Made by a program: the position numbers and the translations under genes. Below the pieces are notes generated by a model. That model had not been told where the DNA came from. It saw nothing but the letters and a program-made list of their open reading frames with translations, and did not search any database. Source: Minisyncoccia bacterium (GTDB lineage: Bacteria; Patescibacteriota; Minisyncoccia; Phycocordibacterales; Phycocordibacteraceae). From it: a stretch of DNA of 64,000 nucleotides. How positions within the stretch are numbered: position 1 is the stretch's first letter; each line of letters opens with the position of its first letter. This document shows positions 1 through 9,268 of the stretch, one piece after another. The stretch is taken from positions 8,386-72,385 of the forward strand of contig JBEKII010000004.1 of the NCBI GenBank assembly GCA_050011835.1, read 5' to 3'.

Positions 1-226
1 ACCCGTTGCAGTCATTTGCCATTGTCGTTTGTTCAGACGAGATTGAAGTTTCTGGCGCACTTGGAGCTAGCGCATTTTCGACAGCAACAAGTGTCGTCTG
101 GTCGACACCAAATGCCTCCAAAACACTGATTATTGCGTTGACTTGATTCTGCGTGAGACCTGCCGCGAATGATACCGATGGAACTATAAAAATCAGAACG
201 GCTAGGAGTGTTGTAATTTTTTTCAT
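1..226 (-). CDS. Partial small secreted protein, N-terminus in window (MKKITTLLAVLIFIVPSVSFAAG...); runs off the window start
   Basis: Reverse-strand ATG at 226 with a hydrophobic signal-peptide-like N-terminus and no stop before position 1; hand translation, not in the ORF track. Confidence 0.35.
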   Translation of the reverse strand, partial: MKKITTLLAVLIFIVPSVSFAAGLTQNQVNAIISVLEAFGVDQTTLVAVENALAPSAPETSISSEQTTMANDCNG

Positions 227-1222
227 AGTAATTTTCATCTCAATCTGTAAATCCTGGAGGTTGCTTTTGTATGAAAACACAAATCCCGCCACCAGGTGGG
301 TCTTGCGACCCTACGTAAGTTTCCCTACGCAACGTACGACACGCCCCTGATGACGGGGTTTCTGTGTCGTACGATTTCGAACCATGCCCGCAGGCCATCG
401 CCGGAGGGTTTAGGTTCTTCTGTTCGGGACTATAGCACGATTTATTATTGCTTGTGTCTTTATGTATTGTTGTGGAAAACCTCTTGCAAGTTTATTTTGA
501 TTTTGATATATTTATATGTGATGCTAGTCCAGCAAGAATTTTTTTCTTGTCGAACCTTGGACTAAGGGTTGAATTCCCTCCGTCTCGTCAGCGGGAAAGA
601 GCCACAGGCTTTTTCTCGTTTAGTCAACAAGAAAAGCCTCCGCTCGGAGGTTCTTTTTTTATCTAGCCAAAAGTATCCATCACAAAGCCTCGCTTCTTGC
701 TTGGCAGGTTATGGATACGCCTGCTCGGTAAGAAATGGGGCTTCTGCTTTATCACTAAGCGGAATTAGTTATGCGAAGCATTAAACGGAGATTCTCTAAT
801 CTCCAAAATAAGCGACCAGAATTGAGTAGTCTCATCAACTTCGGAGCCGCAATCAAGAGGCAAGGATTCAGTGTGAACATGATTCATCGTTGGTTCGGGA
901 AATTGGTCGAAACCGACGATTATGAGAAGCGCGACCGGCGGGCGATTTTGCGCCATCTCGTCATTCTCTCAAACCCTGTGAGGACAACGGGAAATGGGGC
1001 AATTTTGCCCTGCTAGACGCATGAATAGGGCGTCCGCGACGGATGCTCCACGAATACTCATTGAGGAGCAGTTTCAGTCCGAATCGCCAGTACAAAATGG
1101 CGGTATAATACCTATAGCTAGGTATCGGAAATTGACAGGTGATTTCACCAGTACCGATGCTCGCGTGGTCGAACGCCTACAGTACCTAGAGCAGTTTTGC
1201 CGAGTAATCATACAGACGGAAC

Positions 1223-2899
1223 TTGATAAATATGCAGAGAGGAATCGAAACAAAACACCGAAAAGCATCTAGCGCAACGGACGCGAACGACCTTACCGGC
1301 AGAGTCGGGCTGGTATACGCACGCGTGTCCAGCAAAAAGCAAGAAACGGAAGGTTCAGGTCTTGAAAGTCAGACTGGTCGTTGTTTGAAGGATTTGCTTT
1401 CTATTCGAGTACCACACGCACGCACATTCCTCGACAGTTATTCCGGTGGTGGTGATTTTATGCAACGACCGGCAATGCGAAAACTTTTGGAATTCGTAGA
1501 CGCGAACCCTCACAAGAAATTCCTCGTTGTATTCGACGATCTTTCTCGGTTCGCGCGAGATGTCCAATTCCATCTCAAATTACGAGCAACCTTCAAAGCT
1601 CGTGATGTTTTATTACGCTGTTTGAACTTCAATTTAGATGACAGTCCGGAGGGCGAGATGGTTGAAATTATGATGGCGGCTCAAAATCAGTATCATCGCA
1701 AAAGTAATCGTCGGCAAGTTGTTCAGAAAATGAAAGCTCGGCTAGAATCTGGCTATTGGCCGTTTGCTCGTAAAAGAGGATATACGCTTACTCCAGACCC
1801 TGTGCATCACGTACTCGCGGTTCCAAACGGGGAAAGTAAAATACTCACTTCGGCTCTAGAAGGTTTTGCTAGTGGGAAATTGGTACGGAAAATAGATGTT
1901 GCTCGGTTCCTCGTTGATGGAGGTTTTTGGAAAAAGAAACGACCGCCAGAAAAATATCTTGACCAAGTATCGGTGATTTTGAGCGATTCATTTCTTGCTG
2001 GTTTTGTTGAGTATGCGCCGTGGGAAGTTGAGCGACGACAAGGACACCATCAAGGTCTTATATCGCCTGCCACTTTTGAGATAATTCAAACGCGTCTGCA
2101 CAGAAACATTACCGGAGTACGAATACGAAAAGACACCACCGAGGATTTTCCTATGAGAGGATTAACGCTCTGCACTTGTGGCAAACCTTACACGGCGGCA
2201 TACAGCAAAGGACGATCTAAACGATATGCCTACTATTTTTGTCAGAATAAGTCTTGTGAATTTTATGGTAAAGCCATTCCAAAGAAATCTATTGACGATA
2301 ACTTCGCAAGGGTGCTACAGCGTGGAAAATTGAAGCCGGAGATTGGCAAAGTTGTTGGAGAGGTTTTTGAGGCCGTGTGGAAACAGGCGATAAATAACCT
2401 TGAAAAGCAGGACGACCGTCGTAGGCAAGAAATCGGGAACTTGAATGAAGAATTGCGAGGTCTTACTGAACGCGCCAATAAAGCCAAAAATGACCGAATA
2501 AGAGGGGTCTACGAGAAGCGTATGGAGGAAATCGCCCAGATAATAGAGGACAGCCAAGGGCAAACTACTAACGACGCAGGACACCTATTCACGCCTTATA
2601 GAACCGCTTTAGACAAGGCGACGAAGTTGGTAAAAAGCCCTTATGTTGTTTGGCGGAAATTGGATGCACGCGAAAAGCACGGCCTCTACTTCTTCATTTT
2701 TGACGAGAAAATCGTGTATGCCAAGAATGAGGGATATAGAACCGCAGAAATACCAACAACTGCAAGGTTATTTGAGGAATTTGTTACTGAGAACTCTTCT
2801 TATGTGGGCATGGAGGGATTTGAACCCTCAAGTCTTGCGACATACGCTTCTGAAACGTACGCGTATACCAATTCCGCCACATGCCCGTGCCCCTGGTAG
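1223..2899 (+). CDS. Large serine recombinase (resolvase/invertase-family integrase)
   Basis: N-terminal resolvase catalytic motif GLVYARVSSKKQ; central recombinase domain; zinc-ribbon-like CTCGKPYTAAY...YYFCQNKSC; coiled-coil C-terminal region. The last ~95 nt of the ORF overlap tRNA-Leu and tRNA-Arg on the opposite strand, so the 3' end is uncertain. Confidence 0.8.
   Translation: MINMQRGIETKHRKASSATDANDLTGRVGLVYARVSSKKQETEGSGLESQTGRCLKDLLSIRVPHARTFLDSYSGGGDFMQRPAMRKLLEFVDANPHKKFLVVFDDLSRFARDVQFHLKLRATFKARDVLLRCLNFNLDDSPEGEMVEIMMAAQNQYHRKSNRRQVVQKMKARLESGYWPFARKRGYTLTPDPVHHVLAVPNGESKILTSALEGFASGKLVRKIDVARFLVDGGFWKKKRPPEKYLDQVSVILSDSFLAGFVEYAPWEVERRQGHHQGLISPATFEIIQTRLHRNITGVRIRKDTTEDFPMRGLTLCTCGKPYTAAYSKGRSKRYAYYFCQNKSCEFYGKAIPKKSIDDNFARVLQRGKLKPEIGKVVGEVFEAVWKQAINNLEKQDDRRRQEIGNLNEELRGLTERANKAKNDRIRGVYEKRMEEIAQIIEDSQGQTTNDAGHLFTPYRTALDKATKLVKSPYVVWRKLDAREKHGLYFFIFDEKIVYAKNEGYRTAEIPTTARLFEEFVTENSSYVGMEGFEPSSLATYASETYAYTNSATCPCPW
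2805..2886 (-). tRNA. tRNA-Leu(CAG), type II with long variable arm
   Basis: Hand fold: acceptor GGGCATG/CATGCCC, anticodon stem TACGT/GCGTA, loop TTCAGAA (anticodon CAG), long variable arm, T-arm GAGGG-TTCAAAT-CCCTC, discriminator A; no encoded CCA. Confidence 0.8.
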
Positions 2900-2959
2900 G
2901 AATCGAACCTACATAACTGGCTTAGAAGTCCAGTGTTCTATCCATTGAACTACAGAGGC
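2888..2959 (-). tRNA. tRNA-Arg(TCT)
   Basis: Hand fold: acceptor GCCTCTG/CAGGGGC (one G-U), D-arm GTTC...GAAC, anticodon stem CTGGA/GCCAG, loop CTTCTAA (anticodon TCT), T-arm GTAGG-TTCGATT-CCTAC; 1 nt from tRNA-Leu. Confidence 0.8.
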
Positions 2960-2992
2960 GATGCACTCCCTCTACCCTAACTCATACCGGCA

Positions 2993-3304
2993 CTATTGCG
3001 AAGGGTCGGTGAAACTATACGTTCCTGTCTCGTACTTTTCTTCCTCGGCCGCACGGTTGGCGAAGATGGTGTGAATCGTATCGAGTGATGACTGACTGAA
3101 GACGGGAGGCGTGCTGGTTGCAGAAGAGCCGATGACACCGCCCGAGATAACGGTATCGAAAGCCCATACATTCCAAACGATGATGCCAACGAGAGCTATC
3201 GCCGAAAATGTAAGTAACGAGAGCCAGTCGCGCACCGGCTCAAGACGCGCACCATAATGTAAGCGTTTTGAGAAAGAAAAGATGCTGATAAAAATATTTT
3301 TCAT
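2993..3304 (-). CDS. Small membrane protein at the distal end of the pilMNO operon (possible PilP-like/unknown)
   Basis: 103-aa ORF with one hydrophobic segment, 4-nt overlap with the pilO-like gene. Confidence 0.35.
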   Translation of the reverse strand: MKNIFISIFSFSKRLHYGARLEPVRDWLSLLTFSAIALVGIIVWNVWAFDTVISGGVIGSSATSTPPVFSQSSLDTIHTIFANRAAEEEKYETGTYSFTDPSQ

Positions 3305-3825
3305 GGGGTGCCTGTTGCCGTACTCACGGACCCGACAAGAAGGTTGAGGTCAGCATGCCAACTGTTTTTGTCATCCTGCGCAAGTGAAATGTTAGAGATG
3401 GAGAGGTCATACGGTGCATATTCAATTGCACCAACGGTACGCATCACCGCATTGAATGTTCCTTTGATGGTAAGTGAGAGGAGAAGCGTTGACTGCTTGC
3501 CGATAGAACCCGTAGAGACGGAGAGAACACTTACGATAGCTCTGAGTGATTTTCCTTGCGCTTCAAGTCCGTCAATGAAAGAGACCACGCTAGTTCCCGG
3601 AACAAAATACCCCTGCAACGCAGCCTCATCTTCTGTAATCTCGGCAAATGCCGTTTGGGCGGAAACGATCTGATTTACCGTTTCCGTTTTCGCGGTGATT
3701 TCGCTCTGCAAATTTGCAACTACAGCGCTTTCATGTGCGATAGTGGTATACCAAAATCCATAACCGATAAGGGCGGCAATGGCTACCATGAGTGCAATAA
3801 TAAAATGGAAGAAGTGAGATTTCAT
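3301..3825 (-). CDS. pilO: Type IV pilus assembly protein PilO-like
   Basis: N-terminal TM helix (FIIALMVAIAALIGYGFW), then a coiled-coil/periplasmic domain; operon position after pilM and pilN. Confidence 0.5.
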   Translation of the reverse strand: MKSHFFHFIIALMVAIAALIGYGFWYTTIAHESAVVANLQSEITAKTETVNQIVSAQTAFAEITEDEAALQGYFVPGTSVVSFIDGLEAQGKSLRAIVSVLSVSTGSIGKQSTLLLSLTIKGTFNAVMRTVGAIEYAPYDLSISNISLAQDDKNSWHADLNLLVGSVSTATGTP

Positions 3826-4382
3826 GGCGCAAGAGTCACGGTAATAGTGAATGAGATATTAGTATCTTGGGCATACACAGAAACCGGCAAATTTGCCGAA
3901 AGGGCAAGTGGCGCACTTTGGAGTGCGAGCTGATAGCTGCGTAAGGCATCACGCGTTGCTGCTATACCAGAAATCGCCAGCGTATTTTGATTCTTGCTTG
4001 TGTTCGCAACAGGAGAATAGGCAAAACCGGAAAGGGTGATGCCCGGACGCGGAATCGCGAGAACGGCGCGCATAATCGCGCCTACCGAGGGCGCGTTGGC
4101 AAGCGCGGATAACGTCGCGGCACTATCAGAAAGCGCGGCAAGCTGTGCGGAAAACGCCGCTTCGTCGGAAGAAGTAACGGCGGATTCAACGTTTGCGAGA
4201 TGTTGCTGCTGCGCACTGGCATTCTCCGCGAGAAAGACGTACGTCGGAAGAAGAAGCCCCGCGGCGATGAGTGTCAGCACAATCACAAGAAGTGCGGCAA
4301 CGACACCAAGGCGCATGAAGTAATCGCGGTGGAGCGCGCGCTGGCGTTCTTGGGGGAGCAAATTGGTCAGTTCGCTACGCAT
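3822..4382 (-). CDS. pilN: Type IV pilus assembly protein PilN-like
   Basis: Start trimmed to MRSELTNLLPQERQRALHRDYFMRLGVVAALLVIVLTLIAAG (typical PilN N-terminus: short cytoplasmic segment plus TM); 8-nt overlap with the pilM stop. Confidence 0.55.
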   Translation of the reverse strand: MRSELTNLLPQERQRALHRDYFMRLGVVAALLVIVLTLIAAGLLLPTYVFLAENASAQQQHLANVESAVTSSDEAAFSAQLAALSDSAATLSALANAPSVGAIMRAVLAIPRPGITLSGFAYSPVANTSKNQNTLAISGIAATRDALRSYQLALQSAPLALSANLPVSVYAQDTNISFTITVTLAP

Positions 4383-5472
4383 ACGGTTGAGTATAATTGT
4401 AAAGTGCGAGACCGATCGCCGTTGCGTATGCGAGCGATTCGTTGTAGTCAAGCGATGGAATCCACACATCGCGCGAAGACAGATTAGTGAAGACATCGCC
4501 AACCTCAACGGGGATTTTTAATGTTCCTTCCAAATATTCGGGGAGCCCGCGCACTGAAGCGTTGCCGCCGGCGAGAATGGCATACGATACCGGTTCATGC
4601 CCTCCACTTCGTGCCACTTTCCCTTGCCAATAGTCAAGCCGGCGTGAGATCTCATCGCGGATCGCAGAAGCCGTTGAAAGCATCGCCGCGAGGTAATCCT
4701 CGTTCCCGGGTACGGGAACAATTCCGCGCTCGGACTTCACTCTACGCGCCTCGGTCTCCGTAACGCCAAAGTACTTCTGCACGGCGAGCGTCAGCGCGTG
4801 ACCGCCGATACCGATTGTCGTAGCGAAACGCGGTATGCGCCCCGCGACAATGGATATTTTCGTCGTCGTCTTGCCAATATCAATGATGAGCACCGTGGAC
4901 GTATCCCCACGGGGAAGAAGCGCACGCGCTGTCGCGAATGTCTCTCCCTCGAGCACACGCACCGGGAGAGGTACCTGGTCAAATGCCGAGAGCACGTCGT
5001 CAACGACACGGCGCGCGAAACCGACACCCGCGATAAGAACATTGCCTTGTTCTCCCCTCCCCACTTCAATGATATCGAAATCTGTTTCAGATGGCGGCAA
5101 CGGTATCAGTTCGTCAAGATGCTGTTCAACCATGACGCGCCATTCGGCGACATTGGTGCCGGAAGCCGTGGTTTCAAAGAGAAACGACTTCGGTTCCGGC
5201 AGCGCGGCATTGACAACAGAAATATTAGCTGCCTTCGCGGCGGCGGAAAGCGCCTGGACGACGGCAGTTTTGTCAACTATCTCACCGTTAGTAAATGCGC
5301 CTGCTGATAACCATGTTTCCGCATAACTCGCGAGCGTGAGCCCTCGAGAATCTTCGGCGAGACGTACTGCCTTGACGCCGCTTGTAGAGAGGTCAATTCC
5401 GGAAAGCGGGAGCGTAAGATACCGTGGCGGTGCAAATAAAGTATGTAGGCGCTCACCAGAAGCGGAAGACAT
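4375..5472 (-). CDS. pilM: Type IV pilus assembly ATPase-like protein PilM (actin/HSP70 fold)
   Basis: 365 aa; N-terminal LSGIDLSTSGVKAVRL and IIDIGKTTTKISIV motifs typical of PilM/FtsA-like proteins. Confidence 0.75.
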   Translation of the reverse strand: MSSASGERLHTLFAPPRYLTLPLSGIDLSTSGVKAVRLAEDSRGLTLASYAETWLSAGAFTNGEIVDKTAVVQALSAAAKAANISVVNAALPEPKSFLFETTASGTNVAEWRVMVEQHLDELIPLPPSETDFDIIEVGRGEQGNVLIAGVGFARRVVDDVLSAFDQVPLPVRVLEGETFATARALLPRGDTSTVLIIDIGKTTTKISIVAGRIPRFATTIGIGGHALTLAVQKYFGVTETEARRVKSERGIVPVPGNEDYLAAMLSTASAIRDEISRRLDYWQGKVARSGGHEPVSYAILAGGNASVRGLPEYLEGTLKIPVEVGDVFTNLSSRDVWIPSLDYNESLAYATAIGLALYNYTQPYA

Positions 5473-5520
5473 AAATAGAGTATAACGCGTTTGTCCTTCA
5501 GTTGACGGACAGACGCGCGC

Positions 5521-5862
5521 TTAATGTGCACTCGTTCCGGGCGAAACTTTCCTATCCGGCACTAAAAATGCGAATGATTCTCCCTCGCCAACCGCGAAAA
5601 GCATTCCGTCTGATTCAAATCCGCGTATCGTGCGCGGTTCAAGATTTGTCACAAAAGCGAATTGCCGATTAAGAAGAGATTCGGGTTCAGAGACGTACGC
5701 CGCAATGCCGGAAATAATTTGGCGCGGGCCGTTTTCTTCATTGAAATCAACAATGAGACGCAAGAGTTTCTCCGTTTCGGGTACGCGCTCTGCAGAGCGC
5801 ACCGTGCCAATTTTCACTTCTATCTTATCAAATTCATCAAGAGAAATGCGAGGGTTATCCAT
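5521..5862 (-). CDS. csaA: tRNA-binding domain protein (CsaA/Myf-domain, MetRS C-terminal-like)
   Basis: FDKIEVKIGTVRSAERVPETEKLLRLIVDFNEE...ISGIA...LLNRQFAFVTNLEP matches the Myf/EMAP tRNA-binding fold; start trimmed to MDNPRISL. Confidence 0.7.
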   Translation of the reverse strand: MDNPRISLDEFDKIEVKIGTVRSAERVPETEKLLRLIVDFNEENGPRQIISGIAAYVSEPESLLNRQFAFVTNLEPRTIRGFESDGMLFAVGEGESFAFLVPDRKVSPGTSAH

Positions 5863-6274
5863 GTCTTGTCCGCGAGAGATAGCTGGTAAGGATAAGCGCG
5901 GCGGCGGAGTCATCCACATTTGCGCGCGCCTTGGGCGCGCGCGATGGACGCTTCTGCTTATCGGCAGGTAGGCGACGCGCCTCGGTGCTCGTGAAGATTT
6001 CTGACTCATAGAATACGGGAACGCCCGCGCGCTCGGCGAGTAGTTCGCCGAATGCACGAGCATCTTTTGCAATTGGATTTTCTCCCCCGGCGAGATTCCG
6101 CGACTCTCCTATAACGACCGCGCCAACCTTCTCGCGCGCAATAAGTGTGCACATTTCACCGACAAGCCGCGGCATATTTTTCACGATAGAATGGGGAAAC
6201 CCCATCGTGCCCGCTTCGTCCGAGAGCGCGATGCCTACTCTTTTGCTCCCATAATCAATTCCTACATATCGCAT
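5855..6274 (-). CDS. ruvX: Putative pre-16S rRNA nuclease / Holliday junction resolvase-like YqgF (RuvX)
   Basis: MRYVGIDYGSKRVGIALSDE N-terminus (RNase H-like YqgF family); start trimmed from the ORF-track extension. Confidence 0.85.
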   Translation of the reverse strand: MRYVGIDYGSKRVGIALSDEAGTMGFPHSIVKNMPRLVGEMCTLIAREKVGAVVIGESRNLAGGENPIAKDARAFGELLAERAGVPVFYESEIFTSTEARRLPADKQKRPSRAPKARANVDDSAAALILTSYLSRTRHG

Positions 6275-6305
6275 ATACAGAAAGTGTATGGTATGATGCG
6301 CAGAT

Positions 6306-6605
6306 ATGCACGCATTCACACCATTCTATTCCCCGTTCACGCTTGGATTTATGAGCATTTTTGCTCCACTCGTTCTTATCGTGGTGCTTTGGACCGTCAT
6401 CTTAAAAGGGTACGCGCTCTGGCACGCCGCACGCGGGAACCAAAAATGGTGGTTCGTCGCACTTCTTATCATCAATACGCTCGGCATCCTCGAAATCATT
6501 TATCTCATTTGGTTTCGTCCGAGCGCTTCCAATACTCATCACGATATACATTCCCCGCATTCACACTCGCATACGCCTGCGCACGAATCATCAGAGCAGG
6601 TGTAA
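6306..6605 (+). CDS. Small integral membrane protein (2 TM), function unknown
   Basis: 99-aa ORF with two hydrophobic helices and a His-rich C-terminus. Confidence 0.4.
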   Translation: MHAFTPFYSPFTLGFMSIFAPLVLIVVLWTVILKGYALWHAARGNQKWWFVALLIINTLGILEIIYLIWFRPSASNTHHDIHSPHSHSHTPAHESSEQV

Positions 6606-6609
6606 TGTC

Positions 6610-6694
6610 GGGAGGAGTCGCATAGTGGTTTAGTGCAGCGGTCTTGAAAACCGCCGTGCCGCAAGGCACCGTGAGTTCGAATCTCACCTCCTCC
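6610..6694 (+). tRNA. tRNA-Ser(TGA), type II
   Basis: Hand fold: acceptor GGAGGAG/CTCCTCC, anticodon stem GCGGT/ACCGC, loop CTTGAAA (anticodon TGA), long variable arm GTGCC-GCAA-GGCAC, T-arm GTGAG-TTCGAAT-CTCAC, discriminator G. Confidence 0.85.
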
Positions 6695-6843
6695 GCAGGC
6701 TAGGGCGTCAGTGTTTATCAACCTTTTTCTATCGTCACCGCAAAGAGATTCGAACTTTTCGATGGTGCCAGGGCGACCGATGGGGCTGGACGGGATGTTC
6801 AAAGGTGTAGAGCATAGAAAAAAGAGCCGTCCTTGCGGACGAC

Positions 6844-7467
6844 TCACCAAGATAACCACTTCGTCTTGAATCTCGGCTTGAGACTTTTGATAGGGAACGG
6901 ACTCTCGTTTTTAACTAGCTTAAACACGACAAAGTGTAAGTGATCGCGGTCGGTCCATCCTGTCTTCCCAACAACGGCTATCTGTTGTCCTCGATTCACT
7001 CGTGAGCCGATGCGCAGATTGTTCTTTGCAACGGAGAACTGACCAAGATGACAGTATTGAGTGTATTCACCACTGTCGTGCTCGATAGTTATGTAGTTGA
7101 GGTAGTCTCGAAACTCCTCAGTCGGGCCCCACTGCTGAGAATGGTTTTGTACCTCTATAACCATTCCTTTCGCTGCGGCAAGCACCGAGGTACCATCAGG
7201 TACCAAGAAGTCGATGGCTTCTGCAAAGCAACTGATATGTGATCCTGGGCTTTTTGCGCAAAAGAAGTGTCTAAGACGGTAGATTTCGTCCGGTGGAATT
7301 CCAATTGACAATCGTTCCCCCTCCTTTCTTGCAATAGCGGATTTAATGCGAAGAGGGTAGATGTAACTGCCCAAGCTCGTTTCTCCGTCCCAAAGCGGAC
7401 TAGCGGCCCATTTTCCAAGATCCTTTATATCCATGTCTCTAAACCTCCCACGTTCAGTTTTTTCCAT
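6844..7467 (-). CDS. Peptidase M23 (LytM-domain) family protein
   Basis: HxxxD/HxH-type LytM signatures (GQQIAVVGKTGWTDRDHLHFVVF). Confidence 0.75.
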   Translation of the reverse strand: MEKTERGRFRDMDIKDLGKWAASPLWDGETSLGSYIYPLRIKSAIARKEGERLSIGIPPDEIYRLRHFFCAKSPGSHISCFAEAIDFLVPDGTSVLAAAKGMVIEVQNHSQQWGPTEEFRDYLNYITIEHDSGEYTQYCHLGQFSVAKNNLRIGSRVNRGQQIAVVGKTGWTDRDHLHFVVFKLVKNESPFPIKSLKPRFKTKWLSW

Positions 7468-7567
7468 CCTTAGTTATTAACACGCAGTTTTCATTCGAAG
7501 TTGCTTAGCTCTCGCTGAGTAGAGGATGTTTGAACCTGTTTGGTATAGAAAGCCGCCAACAAAGCGA

Positions 7568-7996
7568 CTAGGATCTGATAACCCCAAGACTTTCAAAAAC
7601 TCGAAATACTCCCCGTCTACCCTCAATCGCATCTTTAAGACGTATCCTCATGTTAGGAGAAAAAGGTTCTGGTAGATTGGGAGATGGGAAAAAGCCAAGT
7701 TCCGCAATTTCTTGATTTGGAGAACCGAGGTTGAATTCCTTTGTTTTAGCTTGAAATAGAAGGACTATGTCATCGCGATAAGTTGCCCAATACGTTCCAA
7801 TGAGATCACCCACCTCTACCGTTAGTCCTGTCTCCTCATATACCTCACGTATCACAGTAGCCCGGGGATCTTCACCTGCTTCGATACTGCCGCCCGGCAG
7901 TGACCAGAGCTTCTGATCGTAATTTTGCCTAACGCAAAGTATTTTTCCTTCGTTGTCAGTGACATATGCAAAAGCACCTGCTGTTTTTGTTCTCAT
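7568..7996 (-). CDS. NUDIX hydrolase
   Basis: Nudix box GGSIEAGEDPRATVIREVYEETGL. Confidence 0.8.
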   Translation of the reverse strand: MRTKTAGAFAYVTDNEGKILCVRQNYDQKLWSLPGGSIEAGEDPRATVIREVYEETGLTVEVGDLIGTYWATYRDDIVLLFQAKTKEFNLGSPNQEIAELGFFPSPNLPEPFSPNMRIRLKDAIEGRRGVFRVFESLGVIRS

Positions 7997-8130
7997 CTTT
8001 TAGGGTAATAAACCTAAAATGGTTATATCATAAAAATCAAAAAACCTGTCAGTTGAGCTGGCTGGAGGATGTTCAAGTCTGCATATAAACAGAAGACCAC
8101 CGGACGGCAGCCTTCCGTTGGTGGTCGGGG

Positions 8131-8478
8131 TTATTCACCCGTGCTGATCAGATGGATTCGGTCGCCGACTTCTTCGTAAATCTTATTAGCTGGCGACCTC
8201 ACGAGATCGAAATTTCTCAATTCGGAGTGCTGGCGATAAATCTCCGGCACGCTTAGCCTTCGGGAAATATTACCAATCCGCAGCCCAAGGCTTCGACCTG
8301 AACAAGGAAACAAATGCTCATTCACTTCCGCAATCTCGCCCATCGTGACGGGTCTTGCGGGATGTAATTGACGCCCCCTAGCACAAATGGCGACAATCAC
8401 TGAAATAGGAAATGTACGCTCCCATCCTTTTTGAGCAAACATGAGAACCTCCTTTTCAATTTTATGGCTCGATGACAA
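8131..8478 (-). CDS. Hypothetical protein
   Basis: 115-aa ORF in consistent gene-dense context; no recognisable motif. Confidence 0.3.
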   Translation of the reverse strand: MSSSHKIEKEVLMFAQKGWERTFPISVIVAICARGRQLHPARPVTMGEIAEVNEHLFPCSGRSLGLRIGNISRRLSVPEIYRQHSELRNFDLVRSPANKIYEEVGDRIHLISTGE

Positions 8479-8701
8479 AGAGCCGTTTTACTTCCGGATA
8501 GACCCTAGCATCTAAGTAATGCGTTCGTCAATGAACCGCTTTCTGAGAAACTCTCGAGGATTCAAATCAAATATTCGAAATAAAATCATGAGGTTTTAAG
8601 CCATATGGCGCTAGAGCGACCGACTCAGTTCGAATACTACTGCCTCCGCTCTATCACACGCAAAAGTCTTGGCGCGTCACTCACAATGCACTTTTAAAAT
8701 A

Positions 8702-9244
8702 TCAGGGCAACAGAACAGCGGCGGCGATGACGGTTGTCCAGTGTCCGTCCTTATTCCCTTCCGCAGATTGCGTAATGTTCATTGTTTTAAAAATATGTCC
8801 TGACTGCTTGTATACCTGTTCCCTCTCAACCCATGCGGAGTCGGAGTTGAATTCAACGCCAAGCGTTGTCGCGAGCATCGTTGCTGCAAGGTCTTCCGCA
8901 TATTCTCCAGAAACCTCGCCCTTTTCCCCAAATGCGTGATGTTCAGAAAGGTACCCGTAATTGTTATTGTCGGTTGGGATTGCCAATCCAATAGAAGCGG
9001 AGACGAGGCGGTTTGGCTCGTTTGTTTCACTTCTCGCCATAACGCAAAAAGTTATCTGTCCTGGATGAAGCGCTTCCAACCCTTTTTCTTTTGAAATAAT
9101 TTCCGCCCTTGGAGGAAAAATGCTTGAGACATATACCAAATTGCATTTTTCAATGCCGGCACTTCGGAGCGCCAATTCAAAGCTGGCGAGCCTATCTTTA
9201 TGCACACCAGACCCTTTCGTTAAAAATACTTTTGTCGCGATCAT
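8702..9244 (-). CDS. pdaD: Pyruvoyl-dependent arginine decarboxylase (archaeal PdaD-type)
   Basis: [40 protein letters not shown] aligns with PdaD including the Ser-Ser self-cleavage site; ...[11 protein letters not shown] also conserved; ~180 aa is typical. Confidence 0.7.
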   Translation of the reverse strand: MIATKVFLTKGSGVHKDRLASFELALRSAGIEKCNLVYVSSIFPPRAEIISKEKGLEALHPGQITFCVMARSETNEPNRLVSASIGLAIPTDNNNYGYLSEHHAFGEKGEVSGEYAEDLAATMLATTLGVEFNSDSAWVEREQVYKQSGHIFKTMNITQSAEGNKDGHWTTVIAAAVLLP

Positions 9245-9268
9245 GATATTTTTATTTTTTTATTTGCA

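Noticed and set aside
4798-5326. Plus-strand ORFs 4798..5307 and 4835..5326, and similar antisense ORFs throughout (e.g. 12445..12921, 17555..18283, 40944..41552, 57856..59066)
   Set aside because: Each lies antisense to a strongly supported gene (pilM, DGR target, ACD, PBP1A, recJ) and has low-complexity Arg/Ser-rich composition typical of shadow ORFs
6505-6859. Minus-strand ORFs 6505..6687 and 6539..6859
   Set aside because: They are translations across tRNA-Ser(TGA) and its flank; the tRNA fold is far better supported
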